A stretch of 64,000 nucleotides of DNA from Macrostomum hystrix (Eukaryota; Animalia; Platyhelminthes), in contig CATNEN010000031.1 of NCBI GenBank assembly GCA_950097015.1, positions 1,860,001-1,924,000 of the forward strand, written 5' to 3'. Shown in pieces: positions 25,185 to 36,700 of the stretch; the stretch's first letter is position 1, and each line of letters starts with the position of its first letter. A model generated the notes under the pieces. It saw nothing but the letters and a program-made list of their open reading frames with translations, was not told where the DNA came from and ran no database searches. Made by a program: the position numbers and the translations under genes.

Positions 25185-25315
25185 ACTATGCCTTCCTTGG
25201 CATGAGGTCAACAAACAATACAGAGTTAAACCATGTGTGTGTGTTAAACCATACTAGACATAGTATGGGTTTAACTCTGTCTTGTTTGTTGACCTCATGC
25301 CAAGGAAGGCATAGT
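25185..25315. repeat. 131-bp fold-back element with 48-bp arms (47/48 complementary)
   Basis: ACTATGCCTTCCTTGGCATGAGGTCAACAAACAATACAGAGTTAAACC (25185-25232) pairs with its reverse complement at 25268-25315. Confidence 0.92.
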
Positions 25316-26305
25316 AAAGTAGGAATTAAGTAAAGAGAAATGACTAATCACTATTCAGTGTAATAAAAGTAGTAGCCTTTACGAAAAACAGTATGCTAGA
25401 ATTTATAATTTAATACCTATTAAAAAGGGGCCGGTCGGACATACAATTAAACGGCTGCGCCGCAAAGGAGTTAGAGTTCCTGGCCTCCTGTGTCCATCAG
25501 CTAGCAGTCTGAAGTCACTCGGCCCCAACAGCACTGACCTTAGGAAGATTAACCTATCACGTAGTTCTATACACCTTTTGGCATGCATAATATTTATAGA
25601 CAGATTAAGCAGCAGTATGTTTAAGATTACTTCATGCGGAAATTAAAAATGCTGTAACTACGGTAACAACACTGCACTTTAATCTAGTCCTCTGCAAATG
25701 ATCCCCAAAATACCGCATTTATATGACTACACAGAATGAGAAACGCTCGATCATACTGTTTAATAATAACGAAAATACCCCCGCGACCGCGGAGAGTCAT
25801 AATTATTAAGCACGAAAACAGTCGAGGTTATACGCTCGTAATTACTAAATTAAAGATATTATGTTCCCACTGGTTATCAATTAGATAATATGTAATTTAA
25901 TTCATATTGTGTAATGTAGACCAACTTGCACAAATTTGTGTCAAAATTTGTGTTCAAATGTTAAAATACTATTGGCGCTCAATTACTGGTCGTCCAGCTA
26001 TTGTGTTAGATAATGCTATTTGTTTGCTTTTGAATAAATCAAAATATGAGTGCAGTGCAACTCGTCGCTTTGAGTGAAGGTATCCCATAGAGATCGAATA
26101 ATGGGACATATGCTCGGTAATATTGCAGATTTAATTCAGCATTTGCATTCAAACTTAAACAGCGGTCTGTACTCAAAAAGGACCGGTTTAAAAAGCGTCC
26201 ACTGCACCCGGCCGAGGCAAAAGACACGAATAAAAAACGACTTGCAGTCAAATGTCCACACGCAGTAGAACTGTAAGGACTGCGCAATGCGCGTATTGAC
26301 CAGCA

Positions 26306-26520
26306 CAGAGAAAGAGAGAGAGAGAGAGAGAGTGGGAGTGAGAGAGAAATAAATAGCAACACATAATAATCGGTCGGCGAGGAGAAACAGAAGGGAATCG
26401 GTAGGACTGGGGGTGGGCAAAGAAGCTCGGACATAATAATTTCTGCTGCACTTTTCAGCCTACATAGCACCCTCTTCCTCGCTCTTTGCACCCGCAGGCG
26501 AGAGAGAGAAAGAGAGAGAG
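26306..26520. repeat. (GA)n microsatellites between the divergent DLGAP and RNF217 genes
   Basis: GA runs at about 26306-26348 and 26500-26520. A regulatory role is inference only. Confidence 0.7.
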
Positions 26521-27480
26521 CTAGGGTTGGAGCGAGAGACGCGTTGCAAACAGCTGCAGACTGCTATGTACTATTAGATACGGCCTGACCGATCTACACC
26601 AATCTCAGTTCATTTTCAGCCCGCTGTATAGAAATCCCCGCTTGTACGCTTTTACTGAACTGCATTACTGTACTCTGCATTATGTGTTTCTATAAAGTTT
26701 ACAAAGTTTTGTATTTTAATAAGCATGTTTGTGCAGTAAGAAGAATGACATGATCATGACACTAAACACGTACACAAATGTGTGCGCATTCCAATCGATG
26801 CACTGGCTTTATTTCTCCTTATCTGTGAGTCCCTTAACAGTTTACGTATCGAGCTTTGTTTCGATTTAGTCTCATATTTTTGTCGTAGGAGCCATAGTGC
26901 TGAGCATGTGCTGTGCACGCAAAATTGTCCGGGAAGAGTCCTGCGTTCGAAAAGAAGTACCCCAGTTTCAGAGCTATTTCTGGAAACCCAAGAAGTGGAC
27001 GTTGCAGGCGACGGGAATTGCGTCCAGCGTGGCGTTAGCTGACGCATCCGTTTCTATTTTAATCTCTGGCGTAATGCTCCGTCGTGCTGATTCGCTGGAG
27101 GCCACTGACGCTGAAGGCGTATGAATAGGGAGGGTTGAGAGCTAGAAAATGATTTCATGTGCGCGCAAACTGCAAACTGGTTACGGGAATGTACAGGCGT
27201 ACAGTGTGGGTAAGAGAGACGTTTGGTTGAGGCACTGTTGGCATGCCAACTCTAGATGCAACGCGAGGAGGGGAGAGGCGGCAGGGGTCGGGGGGGACAG
27301 AGTAAAGCTCTGCAGCTTTCACTCCGCTTAGTAGGCAAGGCGTGCACTTCATGAGAGCGGCTCTGCGGGTAGAACGTACGTAGCGAATTGGCTGTATATA
27401 TGTAACGCGCCTCACACATCACACACTAGTCTAAGCTAAGTCTTTCTCACGATTTTGCTAGCCCAGACAGACGGACAAAA

Positions 27481-29870
27481 ATGACTGCAGAAGAGCCAGT
27501 TTCGCTACAAGAAATTAGCCTAACAGAGGGATGCGATCGAATTACTGTGGATAATGATGCAATCCACATGAAGCACAGTGAAACTGCGTCCGACGCCTGT
27601 GCCGCCCTGTCTGACAGTTATTCGGACAGCGAGTCAGACGATGAGTCGACCGATGAGCTAGACTTGGAACAACTAGACGTTCTAGCCAAACAGGACACAG
27701 AAGAAGCACTCGAACGTCTAAAGACGTGGGTGTGCAACAAATCGAGAAAGTTGTCGTTGTCCAGCCAAGATCGTGAAATTTTTGCTCGTCTTACTGAGAA
27801 GTATTTTAGTGAGCTCAAGTCCTTGAGCAGGGAGGTGGAGGCTAGATCACATCAGCCACCTGCTGAACCCGGTTCCTCCAATGAAGAGCGAACGGCTCAG
27901 TCGTCTAGTCAGCCACCGAGCCGAGCCCCGAGTCGAACGCCAAGCAAGGCGCCAAGCGTCTCATCATTATCGCGAGTGACCACCAGGGTCGTCAGCGAAA
28001 GTTCAAGTGAGGCTTTAGAGCATCTTTCAGTAAATGTCGAGGGATCCGCAGCATCCACGCAGGAGCGGCCTTGTTGGATGAACAAGATACTTCTGTTTCC
28101 TGAGCACGCGGCTCTGTTCAGGGACGACTCTGAGGAGCACACCATTCTTCTGGACGCCGTGCAGCACTTTCTGTCGGAAGAGCGAGACTACTTTTATTCT
28201 ATAAGTCTTATGTCTCTGTTTAAGATATTCAAGCATTTGTTATTGTATAATTTGGAGACTGAGTACGAATATGATGTCCGACACGATTCACAGTTCTTGT
28301 CTCGATCCACTGACACTCTAGTCTTCTACAAGAGCCTTTTTGACACTGGCCTCGCGCCGCACACCTTCAGGCAGGTCTACGAAAAGCTAACAGAAACGCA
28401 GAACCACCTGCAGATTAATGTAATCAACGATCGCATCGGTTATGCTGCAACAGCATACTACCATGACATCTTCATGCTTCCTGGCTTATTGAGCGAGTGC
28501 TTTCAGGCGTACCTGTCTAGAACCAGCGTGGCGAATGGCCTAGAACGAATGAATTTCCGGTGTCCTGCTACCTGTTCCCTGTGCCTATTAGATTCTGAGC
28601 TGGTGGTTTCACGGACCTGTTGTTCGCAACACGTTTGCTACAGATGCTACAATGAGTGGGTGCGCACGAAGGTTTTTGCTCGCACCGTTGAGGTAGGCTG
28701 CCCCTGCTGCAGTTGCTTCCTCACCGTCAACGAGATAATCGAGTTTCTGGGAGATAAGGCCGAGCGTTACTTCGAGATCCTGACCGATCTCAACGGTGAT
28801 CCCAACAAGAAGACTTGTCCACAGTGCAATCTAGTGACAAAGAATCCTAACGAAAAGGCCAACAAGCGTCTTGGTGGCGAGCTGACCCGCTGCCAGCGCT
28901 GCGAATTCAGCTGGTGCTTCCGCTGCCATTCGCCGCCACACCCGAACCTTTCCTGCAGCGCCAACACCAGCGGCAAGCAGATGCTGCGCGACTGGGGCCT
29001 GGAGACTTACTTTGACGGCTCGCAGTTTATTCGTAAGGCTCGAAAGTGCCCATCGTGCAAGGTCTATATCGAGAAGAATCAAGGCTGCAACCACATGACC
29101 TGCAACCGCTGTAATTATCAATTCTGCTACGTTTGCGGCAAGAACTGGCGCGCGGGAAACTTCGTCTTTGGTCGGCACAGCAGCCGACTGAGTATTTTTG
29201 GCTGCAAACAGAAACTGTTCCCAGACAGGCCGGCGCTACGCAAATTGGTCCGCGGCACTCTATTTGGTGAGTAGGCTGCCTGACTTTGTTTGCTATTCCA
29301 TCGATTTTTCCACACCAACAGATAATTTTTTTCTCAGTTTAGCAGTGCAAAAGAAGTAGTGTACGCGGTGTATCCAACTTATAGTTCAAATTTTTGAAAC
29401 GAGGTTCTGTCTGCTTCTTAGAAATTTACCAACTTTTTTTCTAATTTTTCTGTGGAACAAAACTTTAATAAGGTTTTTATATCCTCATGACGCAATCCTA
29501 GTCCTCCTAGTTACAGCTAGGCAAGTTATTTTTAGCAAGTTATTAATACTAAACAAGTTCTTCGGCATTTCCAAAATCAAGTCCAGATAAGCACAGCCTT
29601 ACGCCACCCTTTTACACTTCGCTGTATAGGACTTTAGATTTTCTGCTACGAAGTCCATAATGTGACCTGAGACTCAGCTTTCTTTCATTGGTATGTGGCT
29701 TATCGCACTTCCACTCGCACACAAACCCGATATTTTATAAATATTCTGCAGTGCTGGAGACCACCGGTATAGTGATTGCTGTGCCCATCGCGTTGGCCCT
29801 AGTTATCGGCCTGAGTCCTATTCTGGGCGCAATCGGTCTGGGTGTGGCCATCTACAAGTGCAAACACTAA
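27481..29870 (+). CDS. RNF217: RBR E3 ubiquitin ligase, RNF217-like, 634 aa, C-terminal transmembrane segment
   Basis: Exon 27481-29266 (phase 1 donor G|GTGAGT) plus exon 29752-29870. RING1-IBR-RING2 are present (CSLC..CCSQHVCYRC; KTCPQC..CQRCEFSWCFRCHSPPH; KCPSCKVYIEKNQGCNHMTCNRCNYQFCYVC). The RNF217-specific stretch HSSRLSIFGCK..PDRPALRKLVRG is followed by a hydrophobic tail. Confidence 0.92.
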
Positions 29871-32113
29871 GCAAGCCTCAAGAGCATTGGTAGCGCTTGA
29901 CCATCCCTTGCTCGCAGGCTTAGTCGCGTTGTTTTAATTTGCGGGGAAATCGTTAACGAGACAATTATTATTCTGTTTCAGTTTTACTAATGCCTTTATT
30001 ATTTGTTTTAAGGCTTGTTTACCACCGCGATTTCGAACCCACAACCAATTTCACATATTGGTCTTTCTGAGCGCGTTCAAATACTTTCTGTCTCCGCGTT
30101 GGTCCTTAACTGCCTCGTCAAATGTTGTGTTTTAATATTTCGCTGTGCTTTCTACTATGTAATTGTTGTTCATTCTCATTTTCTTATTCTACGTTTCTGG
30201 TCTTGCCTCATGAGTCACTGGTCTATGTTTTTTTTTGCGAAACCTATACAAGGAATCAATCTATTTTTCCTATGTACGGCTGAATTCGACCAATAATTTG
30301 AACAATACGCCCTGATTAACGTTTTAAATGATGGAATAATGCTAAATTATTTGTAGTCAGTCCCTGTACTCTGTCTGTTTCGTTTTCTCTTCCCACTGTG
30401 TTAGCGCACCCGAAGTTTTTAACTTGTAACCAAGAAGAAATATTTGCAGATGAAATAAATGCTCATTCGGAATTCGCTTCACATTCATGCAAGTCATTAT
30501 TCAGTTTCAACTCCTGCAGAACAAAGAAACCCCACCAGGTGTTCGCATTATTCAACTGTTTTTATCACCTTTCTTGATCAATTTAAAGTACTTAAAAGCA
30601 TGCTAGGAGATGTGTCATCCGGTAAAAGTTAAAGTAAAAGTGAGCCCTTTACTGTTGTATTCATAGGTCGATTATAAACAGCAACGACATTCGGGCACCT
30701 CTCATATCCGTGAAAATATTAAAACTAAGGTTTTAGTTCCATATAACTTTTCGGAATTTCTTATGGATGAGCAATCAGGTGTTAATACTGTTAAGTTCTA
30801 ACGTTTAAAGCCATTGAAATCTAGCATGGCCATATCAATTAATCAAGGCTGAATCAATTGACTCCGGGAGTGAGCATGCCGAAGTGTATTTACAGGACTG
30901 TGCATTGTTAGGCGCATTTCGAAGCATCCTTTGCAATTCTATCCGGCCACATTGTAGCCAGCTCAGGCCGGTGCAAAACGTGAGTCCTCAGCCATCATCG
31001 ATTGATGCTTCAATGTGAACCAGTCTGTACATTGCCAGATCTCGTCCTCTTATCTCTACCCCAACTCCAAGGTTGCTGAGCCCTAGCTGAAGCTGATGAG
31101 TACTCAGCCTCATCGCCCGGCCGTCTCTGCACTTATTGTAACCCTCCTATGCGGGCGCGACGGAGGCAGATGGGAACCGATGGGAGGAAGGGTGCGCACA
31201 CGGCTGCGCATGAGGCGGGGAGGCAGTTTTGAGGGCCAGCTGCTTGCAATGCCCGCTTGAATGGCGCTGGCGTCGCGCAGTTTTAGACCGCTAATGAAGA
31301 AAGCCGCAGCAGGCAAAGCAGATCTGATGCTGCTGGCCTCATTGAGCAGCCCAGCTCTGTGGAGGCAGTTTGCTCGCGTGCCTTTAGCGAGCGCGTGTCC
31401 GGAGGCTGCAACTGCTGCGTGCATTCACCCGACTGCAGGGGGCCCAGGTGTAGGCGCTAATACTCTCAGGCTGTGCTGAATCAATTATTTCTCACCTTAT
31501 GTGCTTAGCTTCTAAAGCACGAGTTTGCATTGCAAAATACGAATGCGAAAACATAAACCGTTTATAAACTATAATTAAATGTATTAACATAAGATTTATC
31601 GTAGACTTAACATTGATGTATTAACTAAACTATAATAAACTATATTTGTACCTAAAGTAATTTTTACCTAACGTTGTGAAAATCACATTCTGTTAGTCAT
31701 TATAAGTCCGAAACGAACTTTATATCACACATTAAGCTTTTGTGTGCTACACTTTTTTGCTAGTTTTTGTTAGTCTATGGTTGTTGTCTCGAATTTATCA
31801 GCCCGCGGGGCAGCGGGAAATAAATGATTTATTTACCTAGGGAAATAAATGAAAACATGCGTCACATAGACACTCGCCCGGGGCAAAAGGGGGATACGAT
31901 ATGTATCCCTAACTTGAAGCGGGCAAATGGACGAGGTCAGAAAATTTATTGATTATTGATTCGTTCGCTCTTTTAATTCTGTTTGTCTATGGTTGTGCTA
32001 TAGTTTTGTGTAATAGTTAATTTATTTGCATCGATGCAAAGTGAAATAAATAATTTATTGCACTAGTGCAAAAGCTTAAAAACATAGACAACTGCCCGGG
32101 GCAAGTGGGGGAT

Positions 32114-32739
32114 GGTTTACTCCCGATTCGCCGAATCCCGATTCGCCGAATCCCGATTCGCCGAAATTCCCGATTCGCCGATTCCCGATTCGCCGAAATT
32201 CCCGATTCGCCGAATCCCGATTCGCCGAAATTCCCGATTCGCCGAAATTCCCGATTCGCCGAATCCCGATTCGCCGAATCGCTAACATACCATTTGAATT
32301 TTGTATTTTATGGCGAATGCATTTAATATCATTCATTTTTTGGCGGGCGGATTCTAATATATTTTAATATTCTAATACTCTAATGTATCTAATATGTACC
32401 TGTGATGTTCTTTGCTCACTCAATCTATGTTCCAGAAAGTTAAAAAAGTTTAGAAGCAAGTTTACAAGTTAATGAATGAAGAAAGTGCATTTCATTTAAG
32501 TTAGTTTTTTTAATTTATTTCAATACAATAGAAATAGAGTTCCAATATTTGACCGACACTCAAAGAGGGCAATGGTTATGTGGTTTAATTTTAATTGATG
32601 ATAAAGTAAGATGTATTGAATCAGGATTCGGCGAATCAGGATTCGAGTCAGGAATTTCGGCGAATCGGGATTCGGCGAATCGGGAATTTCAGCGAGTCGG
32701 GATTCGGCGAATCGGGATTCGGCGAATCGGGAGTAAACC
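32114..32739. mobile_element. Mutator-like (MULE) MITE with long TIRs built from CCGATTCGCCGAA repeats, 9-bp TSD
   Basis: Termini GGTTTACTCCCGATTCGCCGAATCCCG... and ...CGGGATTCGGCGAATCGGGAGTAAACC. Identical 9-bp flanks GTGGGGGAT at 32105-32113 and 32740-32748. Confidence 0.9.
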
Positions 32740-33009
32740 GTGGGGGATACATTATTGATCGAGACGGCTTTGAAGTTGTACGCCTGCACAATCCTTTTGG
32801 TATACGAGTATGGCTAGACTAGAATCGCACTCTGAGACGCCACTGCCTATGTCTATGGCCCAAATCGCATCCAGCCATGTCGACTCATTGTTCCCACATA
32901 AAGCCGCAAGCCGTTGCGTCGATGACTCGGAAAGGCGCTCGTCGTTTTTCAAGCTACAAAAATAAGCAGTTGTTGCAGCCACAAGAGACAAGGCGCTAGT
33001 GTCTTAATT

Positions 33010-33303
33010 TCTTGGCAGCGCCAGAATGCTAACAACTCCGTTGGGTGGTGACTGATTGGTTGACAGACTAGGTGATGGTGTACTGTGGTTGAGCTGCGCC
33101 GAATATTAAGACTTGATCAGTGACATTGAGAAATTCGTGTCTGGGTGTCCAAAGTGACCTATTTCAACCTGTTGTTGCCCTTGAATGCCCAGCAAATCTG
33201 TCTAGATAAAGGTCGGTGACCACCGAAGACGGAGATGATGCAGGCACATTCGGGTGACATGCTGACAAATTTTGAAGGCCTGACAAGACCGCACTGAGGC
33301 GCA
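33010..33303 (+). mobile_element. TTAA/CAGTAG MITE family, internal fragment (copy 3)
   Basis: GGGTGGTGACTGATTGGTTGACAGACTAGG...CACCGAAGACGGAGATGAT...CCGCACTGAGGCGCA is homologous to 4820-5120. No termini remain. Confidence 0.8.
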
Positions 33304-33717
33304 TACGACAGTGCGTACGTGGTACGTGCTTCTGATGCTTGGTACGAAAAGAGGCTTGAAACCTAAAGTATTGCAGCAAAATGCTGATCTGTCTGGCTTA
33401 AAGTAAATTGGCCTAAGAGAAGTTGTTGCGAAGGTGTTGTGTATTTTTTAAATGATTGCTTAACATGAAAACATACGAAATACAGGAATTCGATCATTTA
33501 CCATACTGCATTTAGTATACACAATTATACAGGTGTAGATATAAATAGATTTTGAATTAACAAAAATTAAACAAAGGAATGAAAATTTGCTGTCATCAAG
33601 GAATCGTCGATTCTACTGGCTAAAAATGGCCAGGGTCGCGATACAATCGTCTCTAGACATGGAGAAATCACCTTGATTTGCGTCGGGCATAATGTATGTT
33701 GAGACTGCTCAAGCTGC

Positions 33718-36700
33718 TTATGAGACTGAGCAGCGATTGCTCGGAGACTGAAAAGGCAAAAATCTATGTTTTAAAATAAACCTGACCTTATCTAACTCTT
33801 ATCTCAACCTAATCTCTACTCAGCTTTTTCTCAATTAGGTTTGAATTGAAGTTAATCACCAAATACTATGTTGTTTGATTGCACCGTTTAGACAATTCGG
33901 TAGCGATAATTCTTACCTGGCATTCCAATTCAACACTGAGCAGGCTGATGTTACCATTTACAACCAGCCACTTGGCCTCCTTATAGTTGTTTAGGCCAAT
34001 GCTGTAGCGAGATACAACCTTCTTGTTGATTGCGAGCTGAAATGAGATTGACGTTAAAGAAAGAGAGTCGCCAGTTTTATAAGGCTACTAGCTTTTTTGC
34101 CCGTTGTTTTTGGGGCAGAAATTTAAAGCAAAGCAGTAAGCAATTCACGTCTCTGTATTAACTTTATAGTGAAGGTCACCATTTATTTATTTACTGCATT
34201 AATGAAAAGTGAAGAGTTTGTTTAAGGGCGTTTTAAGTAAAAAATAAGTGAAAAGTTTGTCCAAACAGCCCCCTCTTGATTACTTCTTTAGAAACATGTC
34301 TATTAGCCACTCCTCTATACAGTCAGTGGCAGATCCAGGAATTTTGTTTTGGGGCGGTCTGTCAGGGGAGCGCCATGAGAATCACAGAGGGGGTGCCAGC
34401 GGCCGAAAAAGGGCGCCAGGAGCCAAGAAAGGGCGCCAGCGGCTGAAAAACGGGAGCCAGCGGCTGAAAAAGGGGCGCCAGCGGCCGAAAAGGGGCGCGA
34501 GTGTTGCGACTGGCGCCCCTGGTGGGGGCATCTTATTCCCATGATTAAAATTTAGGGGGGCGACTGCCCCCCCGCCCCCCCCCTAAATCTGCCTCTGTAT
34601 ACAGTATGCATGTACACGCGTATACATAAGGAAAATAGCCATGGCATAACAATAACAATGTCAAAGAAACAAAATTTAACTGTTTCAGAGTTCAGAGTTA
34701 GACAGGTCAAGGTCAATTCGTGACTACTTTTCTATTAATTGCTTGCGAGTCACCTCAAGGCCTGGGGATACACCACATTCTTCGTTCTTCCCCTTGGTGC
34801 GAAAATGAATAGGCCAGCTGGAGTTCCAACACGGGAGCAGGCGACATAAAGCTGCCCATGCGAGAAGCAAGGAGTCTCCAGGTTGATGCCAGCCACCTTC
34901 AGCGACTGTCCCTGAGCCTTGTTAATAGTCATCGCAAAGCACACTCTCACAGGGAACTGCAGTCGCTTGAACTGAAATGGCAGATCCGTGGGGATAATTG
35001 GAATCCGGGGAACGAACACAGACTCTCCTCTGCCAGATCCAGTCATTATCGTGGCCTCAATCACGTGTGGGAAGAGCCGCCTGACTATCAGTCTGGTGCC
35101 GTTACACAGCCTTGGCGCATTCAGGTTGCGGAGGAGCATAATTGGTGCCCCAACTTTCAGCTGCAAGTTGTGCGATGGAGTTCCAGGAGGATCTAGAGAG
35201 TTCAGAAACTCAACAGGATACTCCACAGCGGTGTCATCAGTCAACGTTGTATCAATTGACTTGTAGGTGAAAACTGCACCTGGCAACTCCTGAAGCAGTT
35301 GGTAGTTAATTTCGTTGGCGGCATCATTTCTAGGACACAGAATTGCCCTCTCTGACAGCCAGTCAACGTCAGCATATCGAACCATCAGGTTCGGGTAAAC
35401 TTTTGCCTTGAGCTCCTGCACTGACTGCACAATGTTTCCGATTGTAGCGATCGATGACTGCCCATCCTCGGTGCTAATCTCCAGCAGACCATTGCCGATT
35501 CGCAATAGATTGGCAGAGAACTCATGAGCTGTTTCGTCTCCTTGAATTGTAGCTCTCATGTTTGTTCGTAGGTGCAACTTCACAACCGATGGCCACAGGT
35601 GAGATGATTTTAGGCAAGCATTAATCTCATCAGCAGGAGTGCCACGCGGAATCACAGGCAGCGTCTGTCTAAAGTCTCCAGACAGCAGCAGAGTGACACC
35701 ACCCATCAGTTGATCGCCAGCCTCTCTCTTTCTTCTATCCCAGGCTGGCTGGAGAGAAATATAGACCGGAGAGCCCTGCGCACTGGGACGCCACCGCACT
35801 CACCGCACTCAGTCTCAGTGCTGCTTGGGGGCCAGTAGACAGTCTAGGGGTTTGGGCTGTGTACATTCACGTCTTAAAATACAATGTACAGTCTGGGGCT
35901 TCGGCGCCCGGGGAAGGGAGGGGGTGGCTGTAATAAAATTTGGCCCGCAGAGTGGCGGAGGGGAGTTGGGGTGGCTGTCCTCGGAAAACAAAAAGTGACT
36001 CACTTTGAGATGATGCAGCTTTGCTCTGGATTGAGTAGAGATGTTCAAAATTGACAGCATTGTTGGAAAACATGTAAAGTGTAAGTGGATCAAATTTGGA
36101 GAAAATATGACAAAGTGGGGCGACGATATGTCGAATTGAGTGATTTTTTGACGATTTTTGAGCAGTTTTTTGCACTTTTGAGCAGGAAGGAAATGATTTT
36201 TCGGGAATTTGAGTAGCCTATTGCACTCAGCGTAGGTGGTTTTAGGTATGTGCAAAGTTTGGTGTGATTTGGTTGAGCGGTTTCGGCGTCTATAAAGACA
36301 AAAGGTTGCACACACACACACACACACACACAGACAGACAGACAGACAGAGTTTTCACTTTTATATATATAGATGGTTTTGACCTGTCTGCCAAAAAAAC
36401 CAAAACTCAAAATTTTGCCACCAGTGGGAAAGTCGATCAGCACTCATTCAGCATTCGACAAGCACTCATTCAGCATTCGACAAGCACTCATTCAGCATTC
36501 GACAAGCACTCATTCAGCATTCGACAAGCACTCATTCAGCATTCGACAAGCACTCATTCAGCATTCGACAAGCACTCATTCAGCATTCGACAAGCACTCA
36601 TTCAGCATTCGACAAGCACTCATTTAGCATTCGACAAGCACTCATTCAGCATTCGACAAGCACTCATTCAGCATTCGACAAGCACTCATTTAGCATTCGA

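Larger units (their letters stand above)
34088..36373 (-). mobile_element. Non-autonomous Helitron with both termini, internally deleted, inside an intron of the giant gene
   Basis: 5' end A|TCTATATATATAAAAG followed by (TGTC)n(TG)n at 36373. 3' end has a TGCCC..GGGCA hairpin then CTAG|T at 34088. Inserted at an A|T site and carries a PIF1 helicase fragment. Confidence 0.8.

Noticed and set aside
30790-31480. GC-rich segment with 104-aa and 72-aa ORFs
   Set aside because: No recognisable domain and no phase-consistent splice chain found; may be UTR or unresolved exons.
32752-33747. Alternative 3' continuation of the giant gene through 33747-33671 and 32950-32752
   Set aside because: It needs a weak acceptor or a phase not provided by the strong donor at 33916. 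Left unresolved, so the 3' end of the model is uncertain.
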